A DNA stretch of 64,000 bases, taken from the human T2T-CHM13v2.0 reference genome, Homo sapiens. The position numbers and the translations under genes were made by a program. Of this stretch, positions 13,036-27,058 are shown piece after piece. The stretch is from assembly GCF_009914755.1 (NCBI RefSeq), contig NC_060937.1; one strand, 5' to 3'. Position 1 is the stretch's first letter, and each line of letters opens with the position of its first letter. The notes beneath the pieces are model-generated. The model was given only the letters and a program-made list of their open reading frames with translations. It was not told where the DNA came from and did no database searches.

Positions 13036-13341
13036 CCTGTTTTCCCCACTCTGTTGCCCAGACTGGAGTGCAGTGGTGCAATCCTAGCTCACTGCAACCT
13101 TAAACTCCTGGGCTTATGCGATCCCCCACCTCAGCCTCCAAGCAGTCGGGACTATAGCCACATGCCACCATGCCTAGCTATCTTAAAAGTTTATTTATTA
13201 TTTATTTATTTATTTATTTTTGGAGAGATGGGGGTCTTCCTATTGTTGCCCAGGCAAGTCTTAAACTCCTGGCTTCAAGTGATCCTCCTGTCTCAGCCTC
13301 TCAAATCACTGGGATTACAGGCTTCAGCCATTATACTTGGC
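13036..13341 (-). mobile_element. AluJ-type element, antisense, about 0.5 kb upstream of the coding exon
   Basis: Reverse-complement Alu dimer with a (TTTA)n linker. TSD agca(c/t)atatattct at 13022-35 and 13342-55. Confidence 0.9.
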
Positions 13342-13665
13342 AGCATATATATTCTATTACCTTAAATTAACAGCGTCATGATTAGTCATCATGATACGCA
13401 AAAGCAAATCTATTAGGTTGTTCTGAAAAAGTTTGGAATGATTTTATGCCAACATTTAACATGCAAAATTAGTATTACTCAATTAGAAGGAACTTGACAC
13501 AGTGATGAAATCTGGAGGCTTTTGGGATGGATTGAAAGAAACAGGAAGAGATGGATGGTTAGTAATTGTGTTGAGCTTAACTACATATGCATGTCTAATT
13601 CCATCATTTGTTTTATTACCACAGAATCTTGAGAAACACACGAACTATTTTTCCCCAATCTATAA

Positions 13666-14085
<420 letters not shown>

Positions 14086-14408
14086 TGATAAGAAAGAAGG
14101 ACCCGTTTTCTGATGTGATTTTTCATGATTGATTTTTGTTGGTTTGTTGTTTTTTTGATGGAGAGATGGGGCAGAAAAGTCCTTTTAAATATTGGAGGCT
14201 ACTATCTTTTAACTGTTTGTATTATTCAAGAAAAAAATGCTCTTTGCAAAGAACATCATTAAAAGTCCTACCACCTAGTAAGATAAAAAAATGTAAAAAT
14301 TGTGGTGAGATTGTATTTTTTTTTTTAAAGAATTAGCTATCAGTAAAGCAAGTGAGTTCCTTTCCAATTGTTTAATTCTAATTGTTAGGGAAACTTTTTA
14401 TCAATGAA

Positions 14409-14531
14409 TTTTTTTTTCTATTTAGAAAATTTTTATAGAGACAGGGTCCCACTATGTTGACCAGGCTGGTCTCGAACTCCAGAGCTCGAGCAGTCCTCCA
14501 GTCTCAGCCTCCCAGAGTGCAGGAATTACAG
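14409..14531 (-). mobile_element. Alu left-monomer (FLAM-like) fragment, antisense
   Basis: tagagacagggtcccactatgttgaccaggctggtctcgaactcc…ggaattacag. Confidence 0.85.
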
Positions 14532-15694
14532 AGAATTGTTTTTCCTGATGATGATTTGGGGCTATGGAATTTGTTCATCCTTAGCTCATGCTTTGATAGA
14601 TGCAGCAGTAATGTCACTTTCCCCGACTCTCAGGAGTCAATTTCTTTTCTCCCTTAAAGTTGTTTGGCTTGTGGTATCATGTTTTTCTAAGATTACCCAA
14701 TGCAAATCTCAATTGTCTTCACAAGACTGTTAAATTTTTTCACTTTTTATATACTCTTGTATGTGAATTTTTCTGTTTTCCTATATAGAACCCACTTTCC
14801 CAAGTTCAAATGTGAGATAAATGTTCCAGCTCTGGATGTAATTGTTGTAATTGTACAAGGCTTCAAAGAAACAGATATAAATCAATTTACCTTGACTGGC
14901 TCTCAAATCAGTATTTGGATGAATCTAAAATGAGCATCTTCACAATTCATTACTCACAATTTGGAATCCAAAAAGCTCCGAAGCCGTTATTTTGATAGCT
15001 CATTTAGTGGCAAAACTTTCACTGACCTACTTATGGTTTATAACCTGTTCAGTTTGGAAAAATAATAAATTCAATAACATATGTGCTTTGAAGGCTTTCA
15101 AATGGGGATTGTGGATCTATAGCTAAGAAAACCTATAGCACATTATATACAATAATAGTTATACATGGTAAGAAGACTCAAGTCATTTTTTTCATGGTTT
15201 TGTATGGGCTTTTTCTAGTTAAACTGTAATATTCTGAGAATTTCTGTTTTGTTTTTTTTTTTTTTTTGTCTTAAACTGCAATGACAGTAACAGTGAATCT
15301 TTGAGCTGGAAAGTACCTAAAAACATTTGGTGTGATCCACTTACTTTACCCATGAAGGAACTGAAATTCAGCCATTGTATCATATTTTCTGGAAAGCTGT
15401 CTGGAGCACTCTGATCTTTCATTTTATTATTCTCTTCTCACCTATGGCTGTTCATTGAATGGCCATCTCCTCTGTGAGTCTGTGAGCACATCGAAGGTAG
15501 GGAGAATGCCCATTAGGGTCATTGCTCCCTCCTGCCCATCTCATACCTTCCAGCAGCATTGAGCAAAAGAGAGTAAAGTGATTGGTTCTTGTTCAACACA
15601 CAGTAGTTGTTACAACAAACTTAAATAAGAAAGCAGATCTTAAAATTTAAGCCCTATTTTGATTTAAAAGTAACAAAACACAAAAAATAATTGG

Positions 15695-15973
15695 TGCCAG
15701 GTATGGTGGCTCATACCTATAATCCCAACACTTTGGGAGGCATAGGTGGAAGACTCTCCTGAGGCCAGGAGTTTGAGACAAGCCTGGGCAACATAGCAAG
15801 ACCCCATCTCTACAAAATATTTTTTAAAATTAGCTGGACCTGGTGGTGCATGCCCAGCTACTCAAGGAGTTGAGGTGAGAGGATTGTTTGAGCCTGGGGA
15901 TTAAGGATATAATGAGCCATGATGGTGACCTGCACTCCAATCTGTGCAACAGAGCAAGACCCTGTCTCAAAAA
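15695..15973 (+). mobile_element. AluJ-type element, sense
   Basis: gccaggtatggtggctcatacctataatcccaacactttgggagg…cagagcaagaccctgtctcaaaaa. Confidence 0.9.
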
Positions 15974-16214
15974 CACTTCTTTTAATGTATTGGAAATGTT
16001 TTAAAATTTCTTGTACCAAATATCTACAGTGCACCATTGTGTTTAGGTTAGGGTTAAAAGAAAACTCATAGTAGTAAATTACTAACTAAAAAGCCAAGAA
16101 GCAGTTATTATATAAGTTACGTTTCCCCAAACATTCATGTCATACAATCTGAATTAATGCTTTCTAAGCAGATGTTGTAGGTGTGAAACTATGCAACCTA
16201 GTTTCTGGTGGCAA

Positions 16215-17470
16215 GCTAGGCAAGAGATGATGGTGGCTTGGACCCAAGCGGAGCTAGGGTGTGGTGAGAAATAGTCAATTTTAGGATTTATTTTTAGGAT
16301 AGAGCTGACAGGAAATGCTGATTACCTGGCTATAGGGAGTGTATTGATTTTCTATTGCTACCAAAACAAATTATCACGAATTTAATAGTGACAAACAGCG
16401 TAAGTATTACCTTACAGTTCTGTAGGTCTGAGGTGAGGTATGGGCTTCGGTGAGATGAAAACAAGGTGTCATCAGCACTGGTTCAACAATTCCAGCTTCC
16501 GGAGGCCACCTGCCTTCCTTGGATCAGAGCCCCCTCCTCCGTCTCCAACATCAACAGTGATGGATACGGGGCAGGGACAGTGCTCCTTCTCACGCTTCAG
16601 TTTGCCTGTTTCTTTGTCCATCCTTGTATCTGACTGAATCTTCTGCCTCCCTCTTGCACCTTTAGGGGCCTATGTGATGACACTGGGCTCTCCTGGGCTA
16701 TGCAGGTTCATCTCCTGTTCCAGAGGCAGCTCACTAGTAACCATGCATCCCTTTCTCCAGATCATCTTGCATAGCCGCAGATGTAACTCCAGAGGGTGAA
16801 ATCGGGACAGCCAAAATGCTCCCTACTACAGGGAGTGAGAATTCCAGGATAACATCAAGCTTTTGGGGCCTTGACAACTAGAAGAATGAAATGCCATTAG
16901 CCACAGTAGGAGTGCCTCTAGGAGTTGTGAATGAGATGGGGTGGCATCCTGGCTGGAGACGTAAATTGAAAACTCATGAGCATATAGATGATACCGAAAA
17001 CCCCAAAAGTGGTTGAAGTGACGTAGAGAAAGAGTTTAGGTAAAACGATACGAAGTCTAAGAACTGAGTCCCAAGGAATTCCAATATTAATAATTCAGTG
17101 AAATGAGGTCCAATCACAAGGAATGACCAGGAAGAAAGGATGAAAATGAGGGAGGGTGCTTTCTTGGGAGCCAAGATGAGTTTTCAAGGAGGAGAAATTT
17201 TTATTGATCAAGCAGGAGGAAGCCTGAGAACTGACCATTGCATTTAGGAGTATGGAGGTGATTAGTTTTCTTGACTTGTTGGGAGCAAGAATTTTAATGG
17301 ATTAGGTTCTGTACAGAGTAGGAAAACAGGAATGGACACAGAAAGTATAAAGAGCTCTTTAAAGGAGGTTTCTGTAAAGAGGAGAGAAATGGAAAGATTA
17401 CTGAAGAGGGAACAGACGTTAAGAGCTTTTTTTAATGATGGGAGAATTAACAGCAAGTGTATGTGCTGAT
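16215..17470. mobile_element. L2 remnant interrupted by an MLT1-type LTR (about 16340-16830)
   Basis: L2-like text (gatggtggcttggacc; ctgagaactgaccattgcattt) on both sides of MLT1-like tgtattgattttctattgct…ttacagttctgtaggtc…ctccctactaca. Confidence 0.6.
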
Positions 17471-17483
17471 AAAAATAATTCAT

Positions 17484-18033
17484 TTGCATTTCTCTAATGA
17501 CCAGTGATGATGAGCTTTGTAGGCCACATAAATGTCTTCTATTGAGAAGTGTCTGTTCATATCCCTCACCCATTTGTTGATGGGGTTGTTTTTTTATTGT
17601 AAATTTGTTTAAGTTCCTTGTAGATTCTGGATATTAAATGTGGTACATATACACCATGGAATACTATGCAGCCAGAAAATAGAATGAGTTCATGTCCTTT
17701 GCAGGGACATGGATAAAGCTGGAAACCATCATTCTCAGCAAACTAACACAGGAACAGAAAACCAAACACCACATGTTGTCACTCATAAGTGGGAGTTGAA
17801 CAATGAGAACACACGGACACAGGGAGGGGAACATCACACACTGGGGCCTGTCGGGGGATGGGTGGTAACGGGAGGGAGAGCATTAGGACAAACACCTAAT
17901 GTACATGGGGCTTAAAACCTAGATGATGGGTTGATAGGTGCAGCAAACCACCATGGCATATGTATACCTATGTAACAAACGTGCACTTTCTGCACATGTA
18001 TCCCAGAACTTGAAGTAAAATTAAAAATAAAAT
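17484..18033 (+). mobile_element. 5'-truncated L1PA (about PA8-10) with 5' inversion: inverted 17484-17636, forward 17637-18033
   Basis: An antisense L1 ORF2 piece is joined directly to a sense L1 3' end with an A-rich tail. Perfect 13-bp TSD AAAAATAATTCAT at 17471-83 and 18034-46. Confidence 0.92.
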
Positions 18034-18174
18034 AAAAATAATTCATGTGAGAGGGAAAATCTGGTGACACTAGAGTAAGAGAAGGCAATTGATGGAGCAA
18101 GCCTGTGCACATGCATACTGTGATGAGTTCAGCTGCCCACTGGATGGGCTTGGCTTCAGCTGGGATCACCTCTA

Positions 18175-18355
18175 GCAGTCATTCTCAATCCTGGCTGTAT
18201 AACAGAATCACCTGGGAAGATTTTATTTTTTAATTTCCATGTCTAAGAACTGCCCATAAAGATGCTGATGTAATGAGTCTTATATGGGGCCAGGATGGTT
18301 TTTAATGGTGCCTAGGAGACTATGGAGTACAGAGAGAACTGAGAACTTCTGATCT
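18175..18355. mobile_element. MER5-type hAT-Charlie DNA transposon fossil
   Basis: cagtcattctcaatcctggctg…agaatcacctggga…gagaacttctg. Confidence 0.65.
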
Positions 18356-19579
18356 AGAGAATGGCAGATGTGGTATGAACCTGTGGTTATTCTCCTCCTG
18401 GTTTTGATACTAATCAATGAAAGAACCATGGCCCTTGGCTAACAGTGAGGGTGTGGAAAATGAACTGAAAGTAAAGCAAAGAAGGGAACATGCAAGTATG
18501 GGAGAACAAATGGACCAAGGCAAATACTGTATATTTTTAAATGGGACCTATAGAAAAAAAGATATAAAAAATAAGAACTACAAAGAAGGATCAAATGTGA
18601 TTCAAGAATTTCAGTAATGGTTCGGCATGGACTCACTGCTCCTTTGTCCTTATTCTTAGGACATGAAGAGTTTCCCATCCTGAAACTTTCTATAGTTTTT
18701 AGAATACATCTGTCCTTAATTTGTCTTCCCAGAAATTATTTCACATGTATATATGGATGCCATTTTGGTGGAATATAATATAATCTTATCAATAGGCAGT
18801 CAATATTTGTTACATAATTAAAATCTGTTGATAACCACAGACGCCTGGCAAGGCTTTCTTAACATGTATTTTTAAGTGTAATAAATGGATAAGTGTATTA
18901 TGTATAGCAGTTTGTTTATATTATGAATATTGGTATAAAGACACTAAAATCTAAGCAAGCAGTCAGATCTGATTTTTCAATTCAAAAGAAGCAGAGAGTA
19001 AATTTTTATTTGAATTAATACATGATTAACTTTTAGTTGTGTTTTATTTTATTTAAGAAATTGCTCTTTTGTGTGTTTCTTTTTTGAATGGCAAAGAAGA
19101 GAAAGGACTGGATAGAAAAGTCTCACATTTTGCATGGTGTAATGATTATGTTAAGGTGCTCAAAGTGATAGGAACAACAGGAAGCAGACAAAAACAATCA
19201 CCCACACACAAACATACACATGTGCACACACACAATGTGTTTTGCATGCTTTCTCTGTGTACACAGCAAACTGTATACACCCTTCCTATATGCTATATTG
19301 TTAATGCCTTGTGAGAGAAATAACACAAAAATTTCTGAAGATATCGGAGGGAAATATCCTCAGCAAGGCAACCTATATAATTTCATCTCTTTTAGTGAAT
19401 AGTTTCCATTACTAATGGAAGCAGAAGTGATGGACTATAGTGAAGGTCATCTTCAGCATCAAATGATGAAGAAATAGTTGACTCCTAGAACTCAATGAAA
19501 GAGTCTGAATTTGTAACAATTATTATAATTTCAAATGCATTATTGCAATGTAAAAATTAAAATATTTGGCTCTAGAGGG

Positions 19580-19906
19580 TGTCTGTTCAGCTCAGTCTGC
19601 TATATCAAAATATCACAGACTAAACGGCTTACACAGCAGACATTTATTTCTCACAGTTCTGAAGACAGGGAAGTCCAAGATCAAGGTACCTGGCTTGCTG
19701 ACAGCCACCTTCTTGCTGTGTCCTCACATGGTGAAGAGGAAGCTCTGATTTCTCTTCTTTTAAGAGCACTAATCTTATCATGGGACTTCATCTCATAAAC
19801 TCATCGAACCTAATTCCCTCCCAAAGGCTACAACTCCTAATACCATCACATGAGGGTTAGGGCTTCTACATATGATTTTTGAGGGAAAGGAACATTTAAT
19901 CTGTAA
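19580..19906. mobile_element. MLT1A-like solo LTR
   Basis: gacatttatttctcacagttctgaagacagggaagtccaagatcaagg…taataccatcacatgagggttagggcttc. Confidence 0.75.
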
Positions 19907-22900
19907 TAGGGCATATTTATTTGGTACTTGGAGCTGACCCAAGTATAAAATAATGGATATACATATATTACTTCCCTTGAGTTTCTCATCTACCTTGGAA
20001 ATACCCTCGTGAGTACTCATATACCTCACTGTGCTAGGGGAAAAATATGAATTTCTTACAATTTAAGAAATTTGGATTGCAAATGAAAGTAATCTCTTTA
20101 GAAACAGTATAACGTCTCTAGCATATGTATTACTTCTCCCAAAAATGCACATAAGAAAAAGTTTTCACTTCATAGTGGTGATATTTTTATTTATCTTTAA
20201 GCTATTGAAATAGTCAAATGCACTTGTTTATGCAATTGAGAAAGTAAAAAAAAATTGCCATAAGAAAAAAGTTTCCATTTAAATTATTGTTTAAACTTGC
20301 AGATTGTATATTTGTATGAAATTTTATCTCTTATTTCCAAGTACTTTTATTGGCTGGCTGAGTATAAAGAATCAAATATACTTTTTCAAAGGACAATATG
20401 TCTGTGGTTTTTTTCATGTTAAGGTTTATAGTATGTCATTTAAAAGTAATTCAGGATTTTTTTTGCTTTATAAATGTATTTTTTTGTCAGTGTAAATTTA
20501 GTGTCTTTGATGTTTTTATTGTTCTGGGAGTTGGTGATATTTCAGTGTGTAATTTGTCATTTTAATATGCTGCATCAATCTAAAATGTGTTCAACAACTC
20601 TTTTTCCCTCTAAAAGGAAAACTGTCCTAAATTTTCTTTTAAGGCTGTAAATTCAACTCTATTTGAGTTACGCCACATGAAAGAAAAGGGAAGTCTGAGG
20701 GAGAGAGAGATAGAGAAATAGAGTGAGTGGGTGACTTAAAAATCAGAGAGGAAGTACATAGGGAAAATTTAAGAAGGAATGTGAATTCCCCTATTGGAAT
20801 TGCCACTCCCAAATATTGCTTCGTACTAATTAGTCCACAATGTGTTTCCATTAAAAGTAACTGCTGATGTTATTATCTGGTGCCTTGCAGGTATGTTCTG
20901 CACTCTCTGAGCTCTACATGCCTTGACTTACTCCTTTCAATAACATATGTAGTAGGTACATATGTTATTGAAAGTAGGTAGGTCATGCACCCCACTTGGT
21001 GGGTGAAGCAATGCAGCCTTTGAAGAAGAAACTGCTACCTCAGGGCTTCCTGAGTTGAGAGACCATGTTTTTATAGACAACGTCATACTGCAAAAGTGAT
21101 TTATGTGGTATAGTTAGAGAAACTTATCTTCACAGGTTGATTTACCTTCCTTGCCATTTGAAATTCTTTATTCCTGCTTTCTAGTGGAGCTCTCTGCCTG
21201 CTGTCAAGGGAATGTCCAAAGGCCAGGAGAAGTATTCTTTATGCTTTGGGGTTTTTCATCTTCTTTCCCTGATCAATCCCTCCCCGTTCTTCTTCCTTTT
21301 TTTTTTTTTTCAAAAGCAATGTTATTTATTTACTACTTAATATGCCAAATGTTTACTAAGGGCCTGTTTCAGTCCAGTCACACAAAGAACTTGTAAGCAT
21401 ATTTACAGAACTATAATATCATACTTTATTTATATCTCCATTTTATCACAAAATTCTAAGTAATCTATTAGGAAAATTGAAAAATATCAAAATGTAACAC
21501 TGGGATACCTCTGTTTTCTTCTCCTACTCCTCAGATCCTTGTACCAGCTTCCTTAGTTGGTTACCTCTTCTATTGATCTCAGACTCTGATTCTAACTCTG
21601 TTTCTACCTATCTTCCCTGGAAGATCTCATTTTCCCCCACTGCATCGACCTCACCCACTCTAATTATCTTAAATCTGTATCGAGACTTTTTTCCTGAGTT
21701 CCAGTCTTAACTTTTCTGATGATGTTGCCTTTATTAATTGTCGTGTTCAAAGCTGAATATAACCACCCTCATCTTCTTCCCAAACCAAAACTTCCTCTGT
21801 GATTCTCCATTGATGTGCCATCACTCCCCTGGTCTTCCAGGACAGAAACCTTGAAGTCACTTTGATTTTTGGTGCAATTTTGTAAAGTATTGATGGCTTT
21901 ACCTCTTCTGAATAATCTACAGGACATATCAACTGTCTGCGTGTCATTCAGAGCCCTCTAAATAGATGCCTAAAATATGTCGATGATCAATATACATTGA
22001 ATGATGTATTCATTGATAGGCTGGACATCTCTTCATTTAGAAGTTCATAGGTAAATCATTAGGACCAAGCTTTCTCTCCCCTATGTACCCCATTCCCAAA
22101 AGTGTAGGCTGAGGTCAAAGAACAAATTTCATATATGCCTTAAGTGTTTTACACATAAAAAAGTGAAATAAGACTGCCCATTTAATTGTGATTATTTAGT
22201 CCAGCTGTTTCCTTGTATTTACTAGATTGTCTCAGAAGTTAAAATTCCACAGTAGTTGGTTATCAAGTAAGCTTATTTAAAAAAAAATTATCTCCTAGTA
22301 TCTAGGGTATAAAGATAGAAGGAGCCTGTTATAATTTTCACAACTAGCATTTAGTGAGTGCTGTTTTTATGAGTGTGACCCATCTGGGCTGGCACTGTTT
22401 CCACAGGGGTGGTGATGGCGTTTTATTGGATGCAGCTTTATCCTCTCTCCCTGACCTCCCACAACCAGCTACATAAATTGGCAGTTTGAAAATGCGATGC
22501 TCTATAAGCGGATTTAAGCTGACACCTCGGAAATTGAAATCAGAACCCTGCCACCTTTAGAATCCGTCAAATCTACTAGGAACATGACCAAGCCTGGATC
22601 CATATACGCATTTTTAAATGAACATTACTGGATGTGATGTATGTTAAGTACTCTGCAAGGATGACTATTTCTCCAACTCAAAATTAGGAGTGTATTTGAC
22701 ATGGAATGTATGTAGACTCTCCCCAAAAGAGTCAGATTTAACCACTACGAATGTCTCCTATATTAGATACTTCGGATTGTAGAGCAAATATAAAATATCA
22801 GCCTGTCCTAAGGAAGAAATGGGGAGGCAACATTCCCAGCAAAAACACATTGACAACATGGTGCTGTCTGCATCTTCCCTGTTCCAGAGTGGCACCAAGC

Positions 22901-24301
22901 CTAGCAGAGAGAGGGAAGTGGCAGCTTCATCAGCGTCACTCCCATTTCATTAACTGCTCAATAGGATGGGAACATACCGCCCTCTGAATGTGAAGCTGTG
23001 GATTCATCCTTTCCTCTTAACTTAGCACAGGAGGGGAAGGATGCAGGAAGAAGTAGCTCAGATAAGATGTTTGCTGGGGCAGCTACAAGGTACAAAAGAA
23101 TGACTTCTGGATTTTAGACAAAAAGGGTGAGTTTTCCAACTCCACATACATACCTACATCAGAGATTTGTATGGTTAAATATGTAGAGCGCAGGCACATG
23201 CTGACTCTAGCCCTCCGGGGCAGGTTAGAATTTCACATAGATACATTCAGTGCATTATGATGCCTTCAATTAATAGGGAACAGCTGCTAGGTAATTAAAG
23301 ATGCCCATTTCCAAATCAGATATAAAATTACAAAAGCTTGCAAATTAATTGCATTTAAATTCTGAAGGATCCTGTATGAAGTGAATGTATGGCTTAATAT
23401 TTCATGAACACAAATTCATATTTCTAAGAAATATTATTTTAATTGTCTGCTATATAGTCACAACTTTCATAGGTGTTGTGAGAATAATTGAAAAAAGAGG
23501 AAAAAAATATACCTAGATGGAAAGATGCACCATTCATTAAAAGGGAGTTGCTGTGGGCATTCACTGGGGTGAGGTAGGATGACACGAATCTGAAACCGTG
23601 CTCTCTTCAACATTTTATGAGTTTGGTAGGAAGAGAGAAAGGGACTTTTTGGCTGTAATCAATAGCGTGAGAGCAGCGATGGAGCCGGAAGAAAGCAGAT
23701 TTCTGATATGAGAACATCATGATAGAAGCAGCATTACTTAGGTTTAGCATCAAGGATCTAACTCTGGAGTTCAGTCTGGGGGTTGATCTGTACTCTGATA
23801 CTTAAGAGCTGTCTGTCCCCGGCCAGGGCACTTTCTGCACCTCATATTTCTGCAGATAAGGTTACGAGGTAAGTGCTCGTGAAGGTTAGTTGGTTAGATA
23901 ATACATGCAAATACCTGCAAAGGAAATCTGCCATGTATTGCCACATGCATAATAAATGTTAGCTACTATTATGATTTGAATTAAGAGATATTATCAGAGT
24001 CGTAAAGTTGCTAAATAATGACATTGTTATATAATCAGTGATCGTCACCGTGAGTGTAAATTATAGGAATAACAGCATAGCTTTAGGAACGTTTTAGGCA
24101 ATCATATTTTAAATTATGATAAAATGGAAAAAGGCTGAAGATAGACACATAAGCTAAGGGCACTGATGTAAACAAGATAATGAGAAACAGGAATTTGATA
24201 GCACCTTTGGAAATGTATTAAAAGGGAAAAATTTACATTATTAAGGAGCGCTGAGCAATATTTTTATTCATTGTTTTCTGCTAATGTGTGATTATATGTA
24301 C

Positions 24302-24302
<1 letters not shown>

Positions 24303-24344
<42 letters not shown>
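24303..24344. repeat. (GT)n microsatellite, about 20 units
   Basis: Seen directly in the sequence. Confidence 0.95.
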
Positions 24345-24345
<1 letters not shown>

Positions 24346-24410
24346 CAGCCATCTCTCTAAACACTTTATACATATTGTCTCATTTAATCTGAAAAGAATC
24401 CTATGAGGTA

Positions 24411-24690
24411 CTGTACTGGGTTAAAAATTTATGTCTACTGAGAACTTCTATGATGTGACTTGGAAATGGAGTGTTTGCAGATGTAATCAAGTTCAGATAA
24501 GTCATCAGGATCAGGGTGGGTCCCCATCCAAGGACTTGCGTCCATTGAAAAGAAGGGGAGAGTGTGGGCACACACAGAGGGAGGGCAGCATGAGAATATG
24601 GACCAAAGCCCATGTGGAGTGAGTGACACTGCTGCAAGTTACGGGACAAACCTCAGCAGCCCCAGAAGCCAGAGGAGAGGCGTGGTTTGT
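24411..24690. mobile_element. MLT1-type LTR fragment
   Basis: gatgtgacttggaaatggagtgtttgcagatgtaatcaag…ccagaagccagaggagagg. Confidence 0.65.
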
Positions 24691-25198
24691 TACTCTGGTA
24701 GTCCCAGGGTCAGCAGTTCCCAGAATGGGAAATGTACTTGCTTTCTGCTGTGTCTACTGTGTCTTTGCTCCAGGGATTCCCCAACCCGCCAGGAACACCC
24801 TTCCTCCATTCCTTGCAGATGTACCTCTCCTCTCCCCTGCGGAGCCCTCCCCGACATCCTCAGGTGAAACACACGAAGCCCTTCCCCTGCAGCATTGCCA
24901 ACACGAATTCCTTGAAGTGTAATCTCTGTTTGCGAGCCCATATCTTTCACTAAAATGTGTGTTATGCAAAGAAGAGGATCAGGATTCCTTAATTATTCAT
25001 TCATTCATTCATGTAGCAAATGTTTATTGAATCCTTGTCATCTTCCATGTACTGTTCTAAGTGCTGGGGATGTGCAGAAGGAGGAGGGGATTCAGGGAAG
25101 CAAGAAAAGCTTGAGCAAAGGAACAGTGAGAAAGAATTTTTCTTTCCTGCCCTAATGAACTTCATGATATTTCTATCTCTATTCCTAGCACAGAGACT

Positions 25199-25250
25199 GT
25201 GTATGAGTCAGAGTTCTCCAGAGAACTAGAACCCATAAGGTGCACATGCA

Positions 25251-25291
<41 letters not shown>

Positions 25292-25475
25292 GCATATATA
25301 TATATATATGCATATATATATACAGGTATATATACAGTGTATACATATATATTCAGGTATATGTGTGTATATATAGGTACAGATACACATGTACATATAT
25401 GTACCTATGTATATATGATATATATGTATATATACTTACATATACCTGTGTGTATTTATACATGCACATATATAT
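25199..25475. repeat. MLT2-like terminus followed by an expanded (TG)n/(TA)n tract
   Basis: tgtatgagtcagagttctccagagaactagaacc, then long TG/TA repeats. Confidence 0.7.
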
Positions 25476-26726
25476 TTATTTTAACCCAGTATTTTTGTAT
25501 ATTTTAGGGAAGGGGGAAGGAAGGAATGAATAATGGGTTCTGCTCTTTATAATTAAAAAATTGTCTCCTGATTTTGTAGTGTCACTTCCTCTGTGTCAAT
25601 TTCTCGCGCCATACAATGTTATTTCTTAGAGCTGCTCCCTTCTCATAAGCCAGATGTCTAATAAGGATTAATGGCAAAACATGAAATCTGTCATTTCTGT
25701 CTCTTCACCATCAAGTTTTGATTAAATTGAAACTGAAAAAAAGCAAACATTTTAGTTAGCTGAATGAATGCTACAGCTCAGGTCTCCGATCCATCGAGTT
25801 TTAGACAGTATTGCCATAGCTGGTATAAACCTAGAGTTTTCTGATTTATTGTGCTCACAACAGTCTATGAGAAAGAAGAAGAACTGGCTGGTGATTTTCA
25901 TAGGAAAAAGGCACAATCTGTCAGCAGCCCAGACTGCTGCTTAGTGTACAAGTGCAGCTGGAAAACAATCTGTAGATGATCACTGCCTCTGACAGTGCCA
26001 CCATAGTACACACAGAAGTAAAATGTTCTACAGGGAAGATGTAGACGTGCCATTTATAAGATCAGAGAAATCACTTACTGAGTGCAAGAATGGACAGAAC
26101 AGAATATATTTTCTGGGTTTTTCTCTGAGCCTTTTCAATACACAGAGAATTTCTAAAACTGGACATGCATAAACACTGCTTCATAAAGCAGCATTTGCAA
26201 ACAGTGTTAAAACTGCCCCACTGGAGCCAGTGCCTCTGACCTTCTCAAGATCATTACTCTTTCAGCCTTTCATGATCCACAGAACAGAATCATATTCACA
26301 GAAGGGGAAAAGAATTTTAATGTTTCCCAAAGTAGAAAGAAAAGAAAACCAAACCACCTCCCCTTCATTTCAGTTTCCCTCATAACCAACACGTCTCGGA
26401 AGGTGTCTGTACTCATGAGTTCGAACTTCTCTCTTCCATTGTCTCTTGAAAACACCCCTACCAGGCTTTTTCCCAGTGATTCCACCAAACCTGCCTGTAG
26501 CAATGATCTCTTTGTTGCCAGGCTCAGAGGGTACATTTTTAGACCTTGTCATATTCATCTACAAGCATCATTGACTCCATTATTTCTTCCTTTTCCACTG
26601 ACTTCTTTCACTCTGTTTTCTTCAGTTGACTTTCTCTCCTTGGTTTTTCATCTGCTTCACTGATCCTTCCTTCTCAGTCTCCCATGCAGGTTACTCTTCC
26701 CCTCTGCAAATTCTAGAGATGGTACC

Positions 26727-27058
26727 TGTATTGGTTTGCTAGGGCTGACGTAACAAAATACCACAGGCCCAGTGGCTTAAACAATAGCAATTCATGCTCT
26801 CAAAGGGCTGCAGGCTGGGAAGTCCAAGGTCGGGGGTCTGGCAAGTTTGATGTCTGGTGAGGGTCTGCTTTCCAGTTCATCAATGGCAGCTTCTTACTAG
26901 GTACTCACAGGGTGGAAAGGGCAAGGAGCATTCTGTGGTCTCTTTTATAAAAGCATGAATCCCATTGATGAGCAATCTACCCACAGAAAACCCCAGGTAA
27001 TCACCTCCCAGAGACCCCACCTCCTAGTACCATCACATTGGGAATTGGGCTTCAACAT
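26727..27058. mobile_element. MLT1A/B-like solo LTR inserted in an L2 remnant (about 26430-27600)
   Basis: tgtattggtttgctagggctgacgtaacaaaataccaca…gggcttcaacat; the flanks are L2-like. Confidence 0.75.

Noticed and set aside
14935-15120. Possible short Tigger-like DNA transposon (cacaat…attgtgga termini)
   Set aside because: The terminal inverted repeats are too degenerate to call without a Dfam search.
24401-24969. Nine overlapping ORFs on both strands suggesting a small gene
   Set aside because: They overlap an MLT1 LTR fragment and a slightly GC-richer stretch, with no recognisable protein and no convincing splice pair.
25199-25533. Tyr/Ile/Cys/Val-rich ORFs (also 1559-1839, 7070-7294, 46941-47153)
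   Set aside because: These are translations of (TA)n/(TG)n microsatellites.
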